Source: Candidatus Binatia bacterium
GTDB taxonomy: Bacteria; Desulfobacterota; Binatia; Bin18
Reading direction: 5' to 3'
NCBI GenBank assembly: GCA_963664395.2
Contig: OY761159.2
Span: forward strand, 2,048,001 to 2,112,000
DNA length: 64,000 nt
The translations under genes and the position numbers were made by a program. Positions 9,161-19,030 of this stretch are shown here, piece after piece (position 1 is the stretch's first letter; each line of letters starts with the position of its first letter). The notes beneath the pieces were generated by a model that saw only the letters and a program-made list of their open reading frames with translations, was not told the DNA's origin and searched no databases.

Positions 9161-10720
9161 ATGAGCTGGGAAAAAGAAGTCCAAGGCATTGAGCAACGCA
9201 GACAGTTAGCCCAAGAGCTGGGCGGGCCTGAAGCGGTTGCCAAGCAGCATGAGCGGGGACGGTTGACCATCCGCGAGCGCGTGGACCAATTGCTTGATAC
9301 GGCTTCTTTCCGCGAGCAAGGTCAGATTGCCGGCTCCTCCGAAACCGATGAACACGGACAGCTCCGCTCGTTTTCCCCAGCGAATTATGTGGTCGGCTTT
9401 GGCAAGATCAATAATCGGCCCTGCGTGGTCGGCGGTGAGGATTTTACCCTCAAGGGTGGCTCGCCCTCGTCCGCCGGCTTTCGGAAAAGCGTGTGGGCCG
9501 AGGAGCTGGCGTGTCGCTATCGGTTGCCCCTCATCCGCTTTCTCGAAGGTGGTGGCGGCAGTGTTCCCCGAGGGAATAATAAGGGCGAAACAACCGGGAA
9601 TATGGAATCCGTAAACGCGCCGCCCCGGTTCATGTCGGTCATGCAGGCCATGTCCATGGTGCCGGTCGCCTCGGCTGCGGTTGGTGCAGTGGCCGGACTG
9701 CCGGCCGCGCGCCTGGTTGCCTCCCATTTCTCGGTTATGACCCAAAAATCCTCGCAAGTGATGATCGGCGGTCCGGCCCTGGTTGAACGCGCCTTCGGTC
9801 AGCCGATTACCAAGGAGGAACTCGGCGGCCCGCATATTCATCTCCGTAGCGGCGTTGTGGACAATGTTGCGGATGATGAGCCCGGCGTCTTCACCCAAAT
9901 TCAGCAATTTCTGAGCTATCTGCCGACCAACGTCTGGGAAGCGGCGCCGGTCCGCCCGTGCGAGGACGACCGCAACCGTCAGGAAGAAGAACTCCTCAGT
10001 ATTATTCCACGCAACCGCAGACGCGCCTATTCGATGCGGCGGGTGATTGAGTGCGTTGTGGATCGCGACTCGTTTTTTGAGATTGCGCCCCTGTACGGTC
10101 CCTCTCAAATTACCGGCTTGGCACGGGTAAACGGCCAATCGGTCGGCGTGCTGGCAAACGACCCACAGTGGTACGCCGGTTCCATGACCGCCGATGCCTC
10201 ACAAAAAGTGAAGCGCCATGTTGATCTGTGCGACACGTTTCATTTGCCCATGGTCAGCCTGGTTGATGAGCCCGGCTTTATGATCGGCCCGGAGGCCGAA
10301 CAGACCGCCACTATTCGCTATGGGACGGCGGCTATCTTTTCGATTATGCAGTCTACCATCCCGTGGGTCTCGGTCATCGTCCGCAAGGTGTATGGGGTGG
10401 CCGGGATCGCGCACTTCGGGCCGGGCGGGATGGTGTTTGCCTGGCCGTCGGCTGAGAGTGGCGCCCTGCCGCTGGAAGGGGGTGTGGCGGTGGCCTACCG
10501 GCGCGAGATTGCCGCGGCGCCAGACCCGGACGCCAAGCGCCGCGAGCTTGAAGAAGCGCTGGCCAGCAAACGCTCAGTGTACGCCCGAGCCGAAGGCTTT
10601 GCCGTCCAGGACATGATCGACCCCAGACACACCCGGCCGGTGCTGTGTGATTGGGTTGAATGGATTCAGCCCCAACTCAGCGCGCATACCGGTCCGCGTG
10701 CCTATACGATTCGGCCTTAG
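9161..10720 (+). CDS. Acyl-CoA carboxylase carboxyltransferase (beta) subunit
   Basis: LGGPEAVAKQHERGRLTIRERV, DFTLKGGS, KEELGG, VDEPGFMIG, MIDPRHTR. Confidence 0.9.
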   Translation: MSWEKEVQGIEQRRQLAQELGGPEAVAKQHERGRLTIRERVDQLLDTASFREQGQIAGSSETDEHGQLRSFSPANYVVGFGKINNRPCVVGGEDFTLKGGSPSSAGFRKSVWAEELACRYRLPLIRFLEGGGGSVPRGNNKGETTGNMESVNAPPRFMSVMQAMSMVPVASAAVGAVAGLPAARLVASHFSVMTQKSSQVMIGGPALVERAFGQPITKEELGGPHIHLRSGVVDNVADDEPGVFTQIQQFLSYLPTNVWEAAPVRPCEDDRNRQEEELLSIIPRNRRRAYSMRRVIECVVDRDSFFEIAPLYGPSQITGLARVNGQSVGVLANDPQWYAGSMTADASQKVKRHVDLCDTFHLPMVSLVDEPGFMIGPEAEQTATIRYGTAAIFSIMQSTIPWVSVIVRKVYGVAGIAHFGPGGMVFAWPSAESGALPLEGGVAVAYRREIAAAPDPDAKRRELEEALASKRSVYARAEGFAVQDMIDPRHTRPVLCDWVEWIQPQLSAHTGPRAYTIRP

Positions 10721-10729
10721 CGGGCGCTG

Positions 10730-10948
10730 CTACTCTCGCCTGGAGCGATTCCTTTTTAACCAACGTCCTGTTTGTTCAATAACGGCCACGGAGCCGCCGC
10801 CGTCTTGCGGCTTGATGTCAAGGTGTACGTGCAAGCCTGATTCATCGCAAAGGTGCTGAAGAAAACGCACGAAGGGACGCTCGCTCTGTCCTTCTCCAGC
10901 TATGAAGAAACTACGGCGTGGCCGAACCGGCCGTCGGCGACCGCGCAT
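10730..10948 (-). pseudogene. Truncated RloB-like (TOPRIM) partner of the AAA ATPase
   Basis: FIAGEGQSE motif; only 72 aa, ends 10 bp from the convergent carboxyltransferase stop; lies 6 bp downstream of the ATPase. Confidence 0.6.
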
Positions 10949-10954
10949 CGTGTC

Positions 10955-12163
10955 CTAACCGATTTTCGGAAGGCCGCCCAGCACACCGGAGCGGTACTTG
11001 GGGTAGAGCCGCGTATCACGCCGCAGCCCGCTCACGTCTTGTGCGGCATGTACGCGGGTTGCGCTGTCCGGGCCTTTTTCAGCAATGAAGAGTTCTTCCT
11101 TCTCCAGATCGTCGAGTATGCCAACGTTGTGGGCGGAGACAATGAGCTGTGCGTTGTTTGGATTGGTCTCAGGATTGTGGAACCAATTAATGATCTCGCC
11201 AACGATATCCACATGCAAAGAGCCATCAACATCATCAAGGATGAGCAGCCTGCCAGCCTCAAGAGTCATGTGGATTTGAGGGAGAGCGTGGAACAAACAG
11301 GATGTGCCTGCGGACTCGAACATTAAAGGCACATCACGGTCCAGGCCGTGATGACGAAAGAAAGCATCCGTCTCACCACCGTCACTCCTGATAATCACGT
11401 CATGGATTGCCAGGTCACTGCGCTGCATTTGTTGCTTCATCCAGCTTTTCGCCTTGCTATTACGCTCAAAAAAATCCAGAACCAGTCCGGTCTCCGGCTG
11501 CCAAGTATCCTCATCATCGGATATGTCAGTTTCTTCCCCCAACGCTTCAGTTATGTGCATGGCCAAAGGAACATTGAGCGCCGCAAACGCGGTGATAACA
11601 GAGGTATCTTTCCGGACCGCATCTAACCGTGCATCTTTTGGTTTCAACCCAAATTCGGAAGAGGCGTAGATCGCCTCCCCGGGCGCGCCACGTTCAAAGA
11701 GGCGTTTAGGGCGGCCTTTCGGAAAATGGAACAAAGCTTCGCGAAGAATGAAAGGATGCCGCTCGGACGTAACTCGTCCTATTGAAAGCTCGTAGCGGAA
11801 CAACTCTCGCGCTCCGCCCAACTGTAGCCAGTCAGCATCAAATTCCAGGCGAAATCTTGTCGGCTCGTTTGCGGCCTTGTTTGACCAGAAAGGAAGAACA
11901 CGCCCGATTGCAGCTTGTGACGCCGACAAGTCGGGGCCGAAGGCAATACGAGTAAGATCCAGCAACGCCCGAAGAAGGGTCGTCTTGCCCGAGCCGTTCG
12001 GGCCCATGATGACGGCCACAGTCGGAATCCGGACAGCGGGGTTCGCTTGGCAACGTCGAAAACGCGGCAAGTCGGGCGCTGTGCCGGGTATGCGCAAATC
12101 GAGGACGGTTTCCTCGTAGATGGAGCAGTAATTCGATACTGCAAATTCATGAATCATAGCCAA
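10955..12163 (-). CDS. AAA_21/RloA-like ABC-type ATPase (AbiEii-like, putative defence)
   Basis: NYCSI, Walker A GPNGSGKT, signature ESAGT, LILDDVDGSLH, AQLIVSAHN, YRSGVLGGLP. Confidence 0.85.
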   Translation of the reverse strand: MAMIHEFAVSNYCSIYEETVLDLRIPGTAPDLPRFRRCQANPAVRIPTVAVIMGPNGSGKTTLLRALLDLTRIAFGPDLSASQAAIGRVLPFWSNKAANEPTRFRLEFDADWLQLGGARELFRYELSIGRVTSERHPFILREALFHFPKGRPKRLFERGAPGEAIYASSEFGLKPKDARLDAVRKDTSVITAFAALNVPLAMHITEALGEETDISDDEDTWQPETGLVLDFFERNSKAKSWMKQQMQRSDLAIHDVIIRSDGGETDAFFRHHGLDRDVPLMFESAGTSCLFHALPQIHMTLEAGRLLILDDVDGSLHVDIVGEIINWFHNPETNPNNAQLIVSAHNVGILDDLEKEELFIAEKGPDSATRVHAAQDVSGLRRDTRLYPKYRSGVLGGLPKIG

Positions 12164-12216
12164 CTCTTAACATTTTTTCGTCAGGATTGGAATAAAGTAG
12201 ACTAAAAACCCGGCCA

Positions 12217-12244
12217 CTGGATGCCGGATCAAGTCCGGCATGAC
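12217..12244. repeat. Short palindromic repeat element (CTGGATGCCGGATCAAGTCCGGCATGAC)
   Basis: ATGCCGGA/TCCGGCAT stem with TCAAG loop; resembles an interspersed repeat family common in proteobacteria. Confidence 0.6.
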
Positions 12245-12326
12245 GAGAGCGGAACGGCATGGCTACAGCCTAACGTGAAACGCTCTCGGGTCTCACGCCC
12301 GGCGTACAGCGGCGGAGACCGTATCG

Positions 12327-12770
12327 TCAGCCCTCGTCCGGGCTCTTCTCTGCGGTCTTGTTCTTTTTGAGGGTCACGATATTGCGCCCCTCTTCCCGCC
12401 GATACTCGACGCTGTCCATCATCTGATGCACGAGGAAAAGACCGAGCCCGCCCAGGGGCCGCTCTTCAAGGGAGGTTCCGATATCGGGGGTCGGTGCGCT
12501 TGACAGGTCAAACGCCGCGCTGTCGTCCACGATGACGATGGCCAGCGCTTCCGCTTCCGGACCGACGGTAATCTCGATCCGATGCGGCTCGTCATCGTCG
12601 TACCCGTAGCTGATGGTATTGGTCAGGATCTCGTCTAGTGCCAGGTTGACCGCAAAGGCGACTTCTGAGGTCAGGTCCAGGGAGGCGCAGAACTCGTCAA
12701 TCTGCGCCGCGACGCGGGCGATCTCCCGCAGATCATTCACGAGTGAGATTTCCAGCGTTTCTTCGTTCAC
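12327..12770 (-). CDS. RsbW-like anti-sigma factor (HATPase_c)
   Basis: LALDEILTNTISYGY, IVDDSAAFD, ERPLGGLGLFLV; AGGAGGAG RBS before the GTG at 12770. Confidence 0.88.
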   Translation of the reverse strand: MNEETLEISLVNDLREIARVAAQIDEFCASLDLTSEVAFAVNLALDEILTNTISYGYDDDEPHRIEITVGPEAEALAIVIVDDSAAFDLSSAPTPDIGTSLEERPLGGLGLFLVHQMMDSVEYRREEGRNIVTLKKNKTAEKSPDEG

Positions 12771-12784
12771 GGCTCCTCCTATAG

Positions 12785-13684
12785 CTACGACGAAGGCCGT
12801 CCGGCGGGTGAGGCATCCGTCTCCATCGGCAGACTCGCATCCGCGGCCCATTCCATGAGCGAACCATCGTAGACGGCAACGTCTTCCAAGCCCAGCAGAG
12901 TGAGGACGAAGGCCTCACTACTAGCCGCAATCCCAGCTCCACAGTAGGTAATGACGCGCTTGCTACCGGTTGCGCCAACGGCCTCGAATTTTTCGCGGAG
13001 CTGCTCGGCAGGCAGATAGGCATGCGTATCCGGATCGACCAGATCATAAAAGGAGACATTCTCACTCGACGCAATGCGTCCCGGCCGGGGATATTGAATC
13101 AGCCCTCCTGTGCCGGCGTGATCCTCGGCGGTCAGGGCGTTCAGCAGGCAGCTTGACGGTGTCTGTATCGCCTCCAGAACTTCCTGTTTACCAGCCATCA
13201 GCGCGGGTCGCGGGGTGGATACGAACCGGCCCCGTACGGGGGTAGCGGGACGGTTCGAGACAGGTCGCCCCTCCTGCGTCCACTTGTGCCAGCCGCCGTT
13301 GAGGACTGCCGCATTATCAAAGCCGCTCGCACGGAGCATCCACCAGACGCGGGCCGCCCAGATATTATAGAAATCGTCATAGAGAATGACGCGGGTGTCG
13401 GCACTCACTCCAGCGCGCGTCATGGCGTCGGCAAATCGGTCGGCGGGCGGCATCATCAGCGGCAGATCGCTGTGCCGGTCGGACAGGTCGGTAACGAAAT
13501 CGACAAAGCCACTCCCAGGGATGTGACCCGTTTCCCAGGCGGGCCGGCCGCTCTCCAGGCGGAAGCCGCCGGAATCCTCGGGGATCAGGTGGACATGGCA
13601 GTCGAGCAGGCACAGGTCCGTATCGTTCAGATGTTCTTCCAGCCAGTTCGTCTCAACCAGGGCGTGGGGGTTGGCATGCGACAT
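12785..13684 (-). CDS. Sulfurtransferase (tandem rhodanese, SseA-like)
   Basis: LVETNWL, GHIPGS, AARVWWML, VLNGG, active-site YCGAGIAA, YDGSLMEW; GGAGG RBS. Confidence 0.92.
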   Translation of the reverse strand: MSHANPHALVETNWLEEHLNDTDLCLLDCHVHLIPEDSGGFRLESGRPAWETGHIPGSGFVDFVTDLSDRHSDLPLMMPPADRFADAMTRAGVSADTRVILYDDFYNIWAARVWWMLRASGFDNAAVLNGGWHKWTQEGRPVSNRPATPVRGRFVSTPRPALMAGKQEVLEAIQTPSSCLLNALTAEDHAGTGGLIQYPRPGRIASSENVSFYDLVDPDTHAYLPAEQLREKFEAVGATGSKRVITYCGAGIAASSEAFVLTLLGLEDVAVYDGSLMEWAADASLPMETDASPAGRPSS

Positions 13685-13797
13685 AGTGTCCTCCTTGCTG
13701 TTTGCCGGCTGGTGTGAATGGTATATATTCAGCGCCGGTTGGGCTAGAGTGAAACGGCATGGTAGCCGACTGATCTTCTGAGCCAACGAGCCCGCAG

Positions 13798-15264
13798 ATG
13801 AGTACCCAGACAACCCGCCACTTTATCAACGGTGCCTATACCGAAGGGACGAGCGGCCGCACCTTTGAGAACCGCCGGCCTGTCGATAATGCGCTTATCA
13901 GTCACGTGTGCGAAGCCGGCCGGACCGAGGTTGATGCCGCGGTCCAGGCGGCCAGGACTGCCCTCGACGGACCCTGGAGCCGGCTGACACTGGCCGAACG
14001 TACCGAGATATTATACGCCGTTGCCGCCGGCATTGAGCAGCGTTTTGAGCAGTTCCTTGAGGCCGAGGTGGCAGATACCGGCAAGCCGGTGAGCCTGGCC
14101 GCTCATATTGATATTCCACGCGGCGCGGCCAACTTCCGCATCTTTGCCGATGTGGTCAAAAATGTATCCGGCGAATACTTCGACACCCCTACCCCGGACG
14201 GCAGCGGCGCGCTGAACTATAGCCTGCGCGTGCCCAAGGGAGTGGTTGCGGTGGTGTGTCCGTGGAATCTGCCCTTGTTGCTCATGACCTGGAAGGTCGG
14301 ACCGGCCCTCGCCTGCGGGAATAGCGTTGTCGTGAAACCCTCGGAAGAAACGCCGAGTACAGCCAGCCTGCTGGGCGAGGTGATGAACGAGGCCGGCGTG
14401 CCTCACGGTGTCTATAATGTAGTGCATGGGTTCGGGCCGGACTCGGCCGGAGAATTCCTGGTCAGCCATCCGGGTGTTGACGCGATTACCTTTACCGGCG
14501 AAACGGTCACGGGCGAGTCCATTATGCAGCGTGCGGCCGTGGGCGTGCGGGATGTCTCGTTTGAATTAGGGGGTAAAAATCCAGCCGTTATTTTTGCCGA
14601 TTGCGATCTTGAGGCAACCCTCGAAGGCATCGGCCGGGCGTGCTTTGCGAATACCGGCCAGGTCTGCCTGGGCACCGAGCGGGTGTATGTTGAGCGGCCG
14701 ATTTTTGACGAGTTTCTGGCCGGGCTGAAAGCCAAAGCCGAGTCCCTCACGCTCGGTGATCCGCACGATGCGGCCACGACCTTGGGGCCGCTCATCAGCC
14801 TGGAACACCGCCGGAAAGTCCTCTCGTATTACGAGCAGGCGAAAGCCGACGGTGCGACCCTGATCACGGGTGGCGGGATACCCGCCATGGCGTCTCCGTA
14901 TGCGCACGGAGCCTGGGTCGAGCCAACCATCTGGACGGGTCTGTCGGAAGACTCCTCGGTTGTTCGAGAAGAAATTTTTGGCCCGTGTTGCCACGTCCGT
15001 CCTTTTGACTCAGAGGCAGAAGCCGTGCGTCTTGCCAACGACACGCCGTATGGTCTCGCCACCTCAATCTGGACCCAAAATGCGGCCCGCGCGCATCGGG
15101 TGGCCAGGCAGGTTCGGGTTGGTATCACCTGGATCAACTGCTGGTTCTTACGCGACCTGCGTACCCCCTTTGGCGGAGCCGGGCAATCCGGCATTGGACG
15201 GGAAGGCGGGGTGCATTCACTTGAATTTTATACCGAATTGCGCAACGTATGTCTCAAGCTGTAA
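13798..15264 (+). CDS. amnC: 2-aminomuconate/2-hydroxymuconate 6-semialdehyde dehydrogenase
   Basis: HIDIPRGAANF, PWNLPLLLMTWKVGPALACGN, FTGET, ELGGKN, GQVCLGTER, WFLRDLRTPFGG; directly upstream of amnBA. Confidence 0.88.
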   Translation: MSTQTTRHFINGAYTEGTSGRTFENRRPVDNALISHVCEAGRTEVDAAVQAARTALDGPWSRLTLAERTEILYAVAAGIEQRFEQFLEAEVADTGKPVSLAAHIDIPRGAANFRIFADVVKNVSGEYFDTPTPDGSGALNYSLRVPKGVVAVVCPWNLPLLLMTWKVGPALACGNSVVVKPSEETPSTASLLGEVMNEAGVPHGVYNVVHGFGPDSAGEFLVSHPGVDAITFTGETVTGESIMQRAAVGVRDVSFELGGKNPAVIFADCDLEATLEGIGRACFANTGQVCLGTERVYVERPIFDEFLAGLKAKAESLTLGDPHDAATTLGPLISLEHRRKVLSYYEQAKADGATLITGGGIPAMASPYAHGAWVEPTIWTGLSEDSSVVREEIFGPCCHVRPFDSEAEAVRLANDTPYGLATSIWTQNAARAHRVARQVRVGITWINCWFLRDLRTPFGGAGQSGIGREGGVHSLEFYTELRNVCLKL

Positions 15265-16245
<981 letters not shown>

Positions 16246-16270
16246 TGCCGGAGAAACGAGAGGAACCGGT

Positions 16271-17083
16271 ATGGCTGTGGTCTCTGCCTTTCTCGTCCCC
16301 GGCTCGCCCCTGCCCTACGTTAAGCGTGACAATCCGCCCTGGGGCAAAATTGCGACGGGCATGGAAAGTGCCGGCGTGGCGCTCGCCCGGTCCAAACCGG
16401 ATGTGATCCTCTTATATTCAACCCAGTGGATCGCAGTCCTGGACCAGTTATGGCAAACCCGCCCACGGGTGAGCGGCCTGCACGTTGATGAAAACTGGCA
16501 CGAATACGGCGAGCTGCCCTACAGCCTGAAAATTGACACCCGGCTGGCCAAAGCCTGTGTCAGCGCGACCGGCACAATCGGGGTCAAGTCCAAGGCGGTC
16601 AATTACGACGGGTTTCCGATTGATACGGGAACGATTGTCGCCACGAATTTCCTGAATCCGGGCGGCAAAATTCCGCTGGTGCTGGCCTCGAATAATCTCT
16701 ATCACGACTTTGCGTTGACCGAGAAACTCGGACGCTTGGCGGCCCGCCTGGCCGGCAAACAGAAAAAACGGGTGGCCGTGGTTGGCGTCGGAAATTTCTC
16801 CGGCGCGTTCTTTCGGCACGAGATCGATATTGCCAAAGACAAAATCGTCGCTCCCAAATATGACCGCTGGAATAAAAAGATTCTGGCTCTGCTGCAAGCC
16901 GGTGACAGCAAAGGGCTGTCCACAGCCCTGCCCGAGTTTGCCACAAAAGGGCAGGCCGACATGGGCTTTAAGCATGGTGCGTGGGTATTGGGCGCTATGG
17001 GCGGGAAGTTCACCGGCGCGCAGGTGCACGCCTACGGCCCGCTCTACGGCAGTGGCGGCGCGGTGGTGGAGTTCGACTTGTGA
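16271..17083 (+). CDS. amnA: 2-aminophenol 1,6-dioxygenase alpha subunit
   Basis: VVSAFLVPGSPLP, YSTQWIAVLDQLWQ, HVDENW, YDGFPIDTGTI, YGPLYGSG. Confidence 0.92.
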   Translation: MAVVSAFLVPGSPLPYVKRDNPPWGKIATGMESAGVALARSKPDVILLYSTQWIAVLDQLWQTRPRVSGLHVDENWHEYGELPYSLKIDTRLAKACVSATGTIGVKSKAVNYDGFPIDTGTIVATNFLNPGGKIPLVLASNNLYHDFALTEKLGRLAARLAGKQKKRVAVVGVGNFSGAFFRHEIDIAKDKIVAPKYDRWNKKILALLQAGDSKGLSTALPEFATKGQADMGFKHGAWVLGAMGGKFTGAQVHAYGPLYGSGGAVVEFDL

Positions 17084-17106
17084 AAGAGAAGAGAGATAGG
17101 GATAGA

Positions 17107-17136
17107 GTAGGTCGGATTAGCGTAGCGTAATCCGAC
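17107..17136 (+). repeat. GTAG-type REP element
   Basis: GTAG-GTCGGATTA-GCGTAGCG-TAATCCGAC, perfect 9-bp stem; related half copy GTAGGTCGGGTTAGC at 17741. Confidence 0.8.
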
Positions 17137-17180
17137 AGGGGCAGGCCGCCGAGCTTGAAACAACGCGGCCGTACGGGGGT

Positions 17181-17489
17181 ATGAAAACACTTGGGCAGGT
17201 ACGAAATCAGTTGGCGTCGGGCGCGTTTCGCTACAGCCGTCACGCCTTAAAGAGGGCCGTTGAACGGAATGTGACCGAGCTGGAGATCAGGCAGGTTGGC
17301 GAGCACGCTACTATTATAGAAGAGTATCCAGAGGATAAATATTCACCAAGTTGTTTGTTGTTGGGCTTCACTGGAACAGGACGCCCCTTGCACCTTCAAG
17401 TCTCTCTTGCAGACACAGAATTCGTCAAAATCATCACCCTGTACGAACCGAGCGCAAGGGATTGGATAAATTATACACAGCGGAGGTAA
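17181..17489 (+). CDS. DUF4258 family protein (putative toxin)
   Basis: YSRHALKR, IIEEYPEDKYSPSCLLLG, GRPLH, IITLYEP. Confidence 0.85.
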   Translation: MKTLGQVRNQLASGAFRYSRHALKRAVERNVTELEIRQVGEHATIIEEYPEDKYSPSCLLLGFTGTGRPLHLQVSLADTEFVKIITLYEPSARDWINYTQRR

Positions 17490-17491
17490 AC

Positions 17492-17722
17492 ATGTTCACA
17501 TGCGCTGTATGTGGAGCCGCGGATAGTCGCGAGGAACTAATCGACGAAGTCTTTCAGGTTGACGAGAAATACGTTCGGATCGATCATATTCCTGCCAGCG
17601 TATGCACTCGCTGCGGAGACGAGACCTTTAGCCGCGAGACCACGGAAAAGGTCCGTCTGCTGGCTCACGGGCAAGTGAAACCGACAAAATCCATTGCGCT
17701 GGAGATTTTCGAGTTCGCCTAG
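17492..17722 (+). CDS. YgiT-type zinc finger protein (putative antitoxin)
   Basis: CAVCG...IDHIPASVCTRCGDETFSRET; GGAGG RBS. Confidence 0.85.
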   Translation: MFTCAVCGAADSREELIDEVFQVDEKYVRIDHIPASVCTRCGDETFSRETTEKVRLLAHGQVKPTKSIALEIFEFA

Positions 17723-17750
17723 AGAGCCATGCCAGTATGAGTAGGTCGGG

Positions 17751-18845
17751 TTAGCCCAAGGGACTTGCCTGGCTTCCCGCTACGCTTGACCATTCAGGAG
17801 TCATCACCAAGAGCGCATCTCGAACACCCTTACATTCGTATATTGGATAATCGTTACGGAGCCTGGTCAGATTCATATATGCGTAGAGAGAAAATGGCTG
17901 GTCTACGCTATCTCTGACAAATACGCCATATCGTAGACCGTCCGTAACGATTATGCGTCTACAGATTTTTCCTGCCAATGCCGCTGAATAGTCTCTAGCT
18001 TGCTCGAATGCTGACAAACACGAGGCATCCTTCTTCTTCGCTTCAACGACAACGGACAAAGACTCTTCCGTGCGAGGAAGACTAGAGAACAACGCAACAT
18101 CAATCTTCTGCCATTCGATAGCCATCCTCTGCGGAGTCCAACCGAGTGCGCGAAGAAGTGGCACGACGAGATAGTTTACCGTCTCATGCTCAGAGGGAGT
18201 TTCTTTCGAGCGATTATACCAATTCGCGATACGAATAAGTTCGCCAATTTGGTCTAGCAAACTTGAGATTGAATTGCTGGCGACACCCTTGTCGAATAGA
18301 TATTCGGATATGTCACCGATATTGACGTTCACCTCGGCACCTCTGTTCGGGAGATCAACCGGCGTTCGCTTGTACTCAGCGTCAGGTATTTCCAACGACT
18401 CCAGCCACGATTTCACAGTAGGAGCATTCAGGAGTTGCGTTGTGTCACCTCGCTTTAGCGTGTTTGTATCGAATTTCTTGGGGTTCTCCTTATACTTCCA
18501 GAGCCAACGTATGCGACGCACATGAGCGATAGCCCACCCGTCTACGTCGTTAAACTCCTCACAATATTCGTAGTCACCGACAATATGACCCACCCCATAG
18601 ATGGAATTTGTTCCGAGCCGTAGAACGACAAAATCACCATCGTTCATATCTTGGCAGAAGCGGCGCAGGTCCGTAATTTTTTTCCCTGACCATTCATCTT
18701 TTCTGAGCGATTCCTCGCAGTCAGGCCAAGGACCATAGTCTCCGGGACCATTCAGAATGACACCCCACTTCAGACACAGGTCCACGTACTTGCGGTTAGT
18801 GTCGCCGGCCGCGTGTTGCCATATCGTCTTAGCTTGAATATCCGT
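17751..18845 (-). CDS. Putative restriction-like nuclease: N-terminal PUA/EVE-like domain plus C-terminal PD-(D/E)XK (HsdR_N-like) domain
   Basis: GDFVVLRLG..IYGVG.IVGDY; SEHETVNYLVVPLLRALGW, IDVAL, VVEAKK, QARDY, IVTDGLRY; frame stays open upstream of the GTG at 18785 to an ACG at 18845 preceded by GGGGAG. Confidence 0.7.
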   Translation of the reverse strand, partial: TDIQAKTIWQHAAGDTNRKYVDLCLKWGVILNGPGDYGPWPDCEESLRKDEWSGKKITDLRRFCQDMNDGDFVVLRLGTNSIYGVGHIVGDYEYCEEFNDVDGWAIAHVRRIRWLWKYKENPKKFDTNTLKRGDTTQLLNAPTVKSWLESLEIPDAEYKRTPVDLPNRGAEVNVNIGDISEYLFDKGVASNSISSLLDQIGELIRIANWYNRSKETPSEHETVNYLVVPLLRALGWTPQRMAIEWQKIDVALFSSLPRTEESLSVVVEAKKKDASCLSAFEQARDYSAALAGKICRRIIVTDGLRYGVFVRDSVDQPFSLYAYMNLTRLRNDYPIYECKGVRDALLVMTPEWSSVAGSQASPLG

Positions 18846-18875
18846 AACTCCCCCGTCGCACCAATTTTTTTATTG

Positions 18876-19025
18876 TCAGCGTCTCCGCAATTCCAAATCG
18901 TCCAGGCGTTTGCGCACCCAGTCAATGCGATCGTTGCCCCAGAAGGGCTTGTCGCGGACAAAAAACATCGGCACGCCAAAGACCTTATCTTCTTCCGCGC
19001 GGACCGTCTTCTTCGACGGCCCGCG
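18876..19025 (-). pseudogene. C-terminal remnant of a DsbA/2-hydroxychromene-2-carboxylate isomerase family gene
   Basis: AEEDKVFGVPMFFVRDKPFWGNDRIDWV motif with no N-terminal part. Confidence 0.7.
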
Positions 19026-19030
19026 TTGAC

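Noticed and set aside
12260-12325. GCCTAAC suggesting an integron attC site
   Set aside because: No matching GTTRRRY at a suitable distance, no cassette array and no integrase
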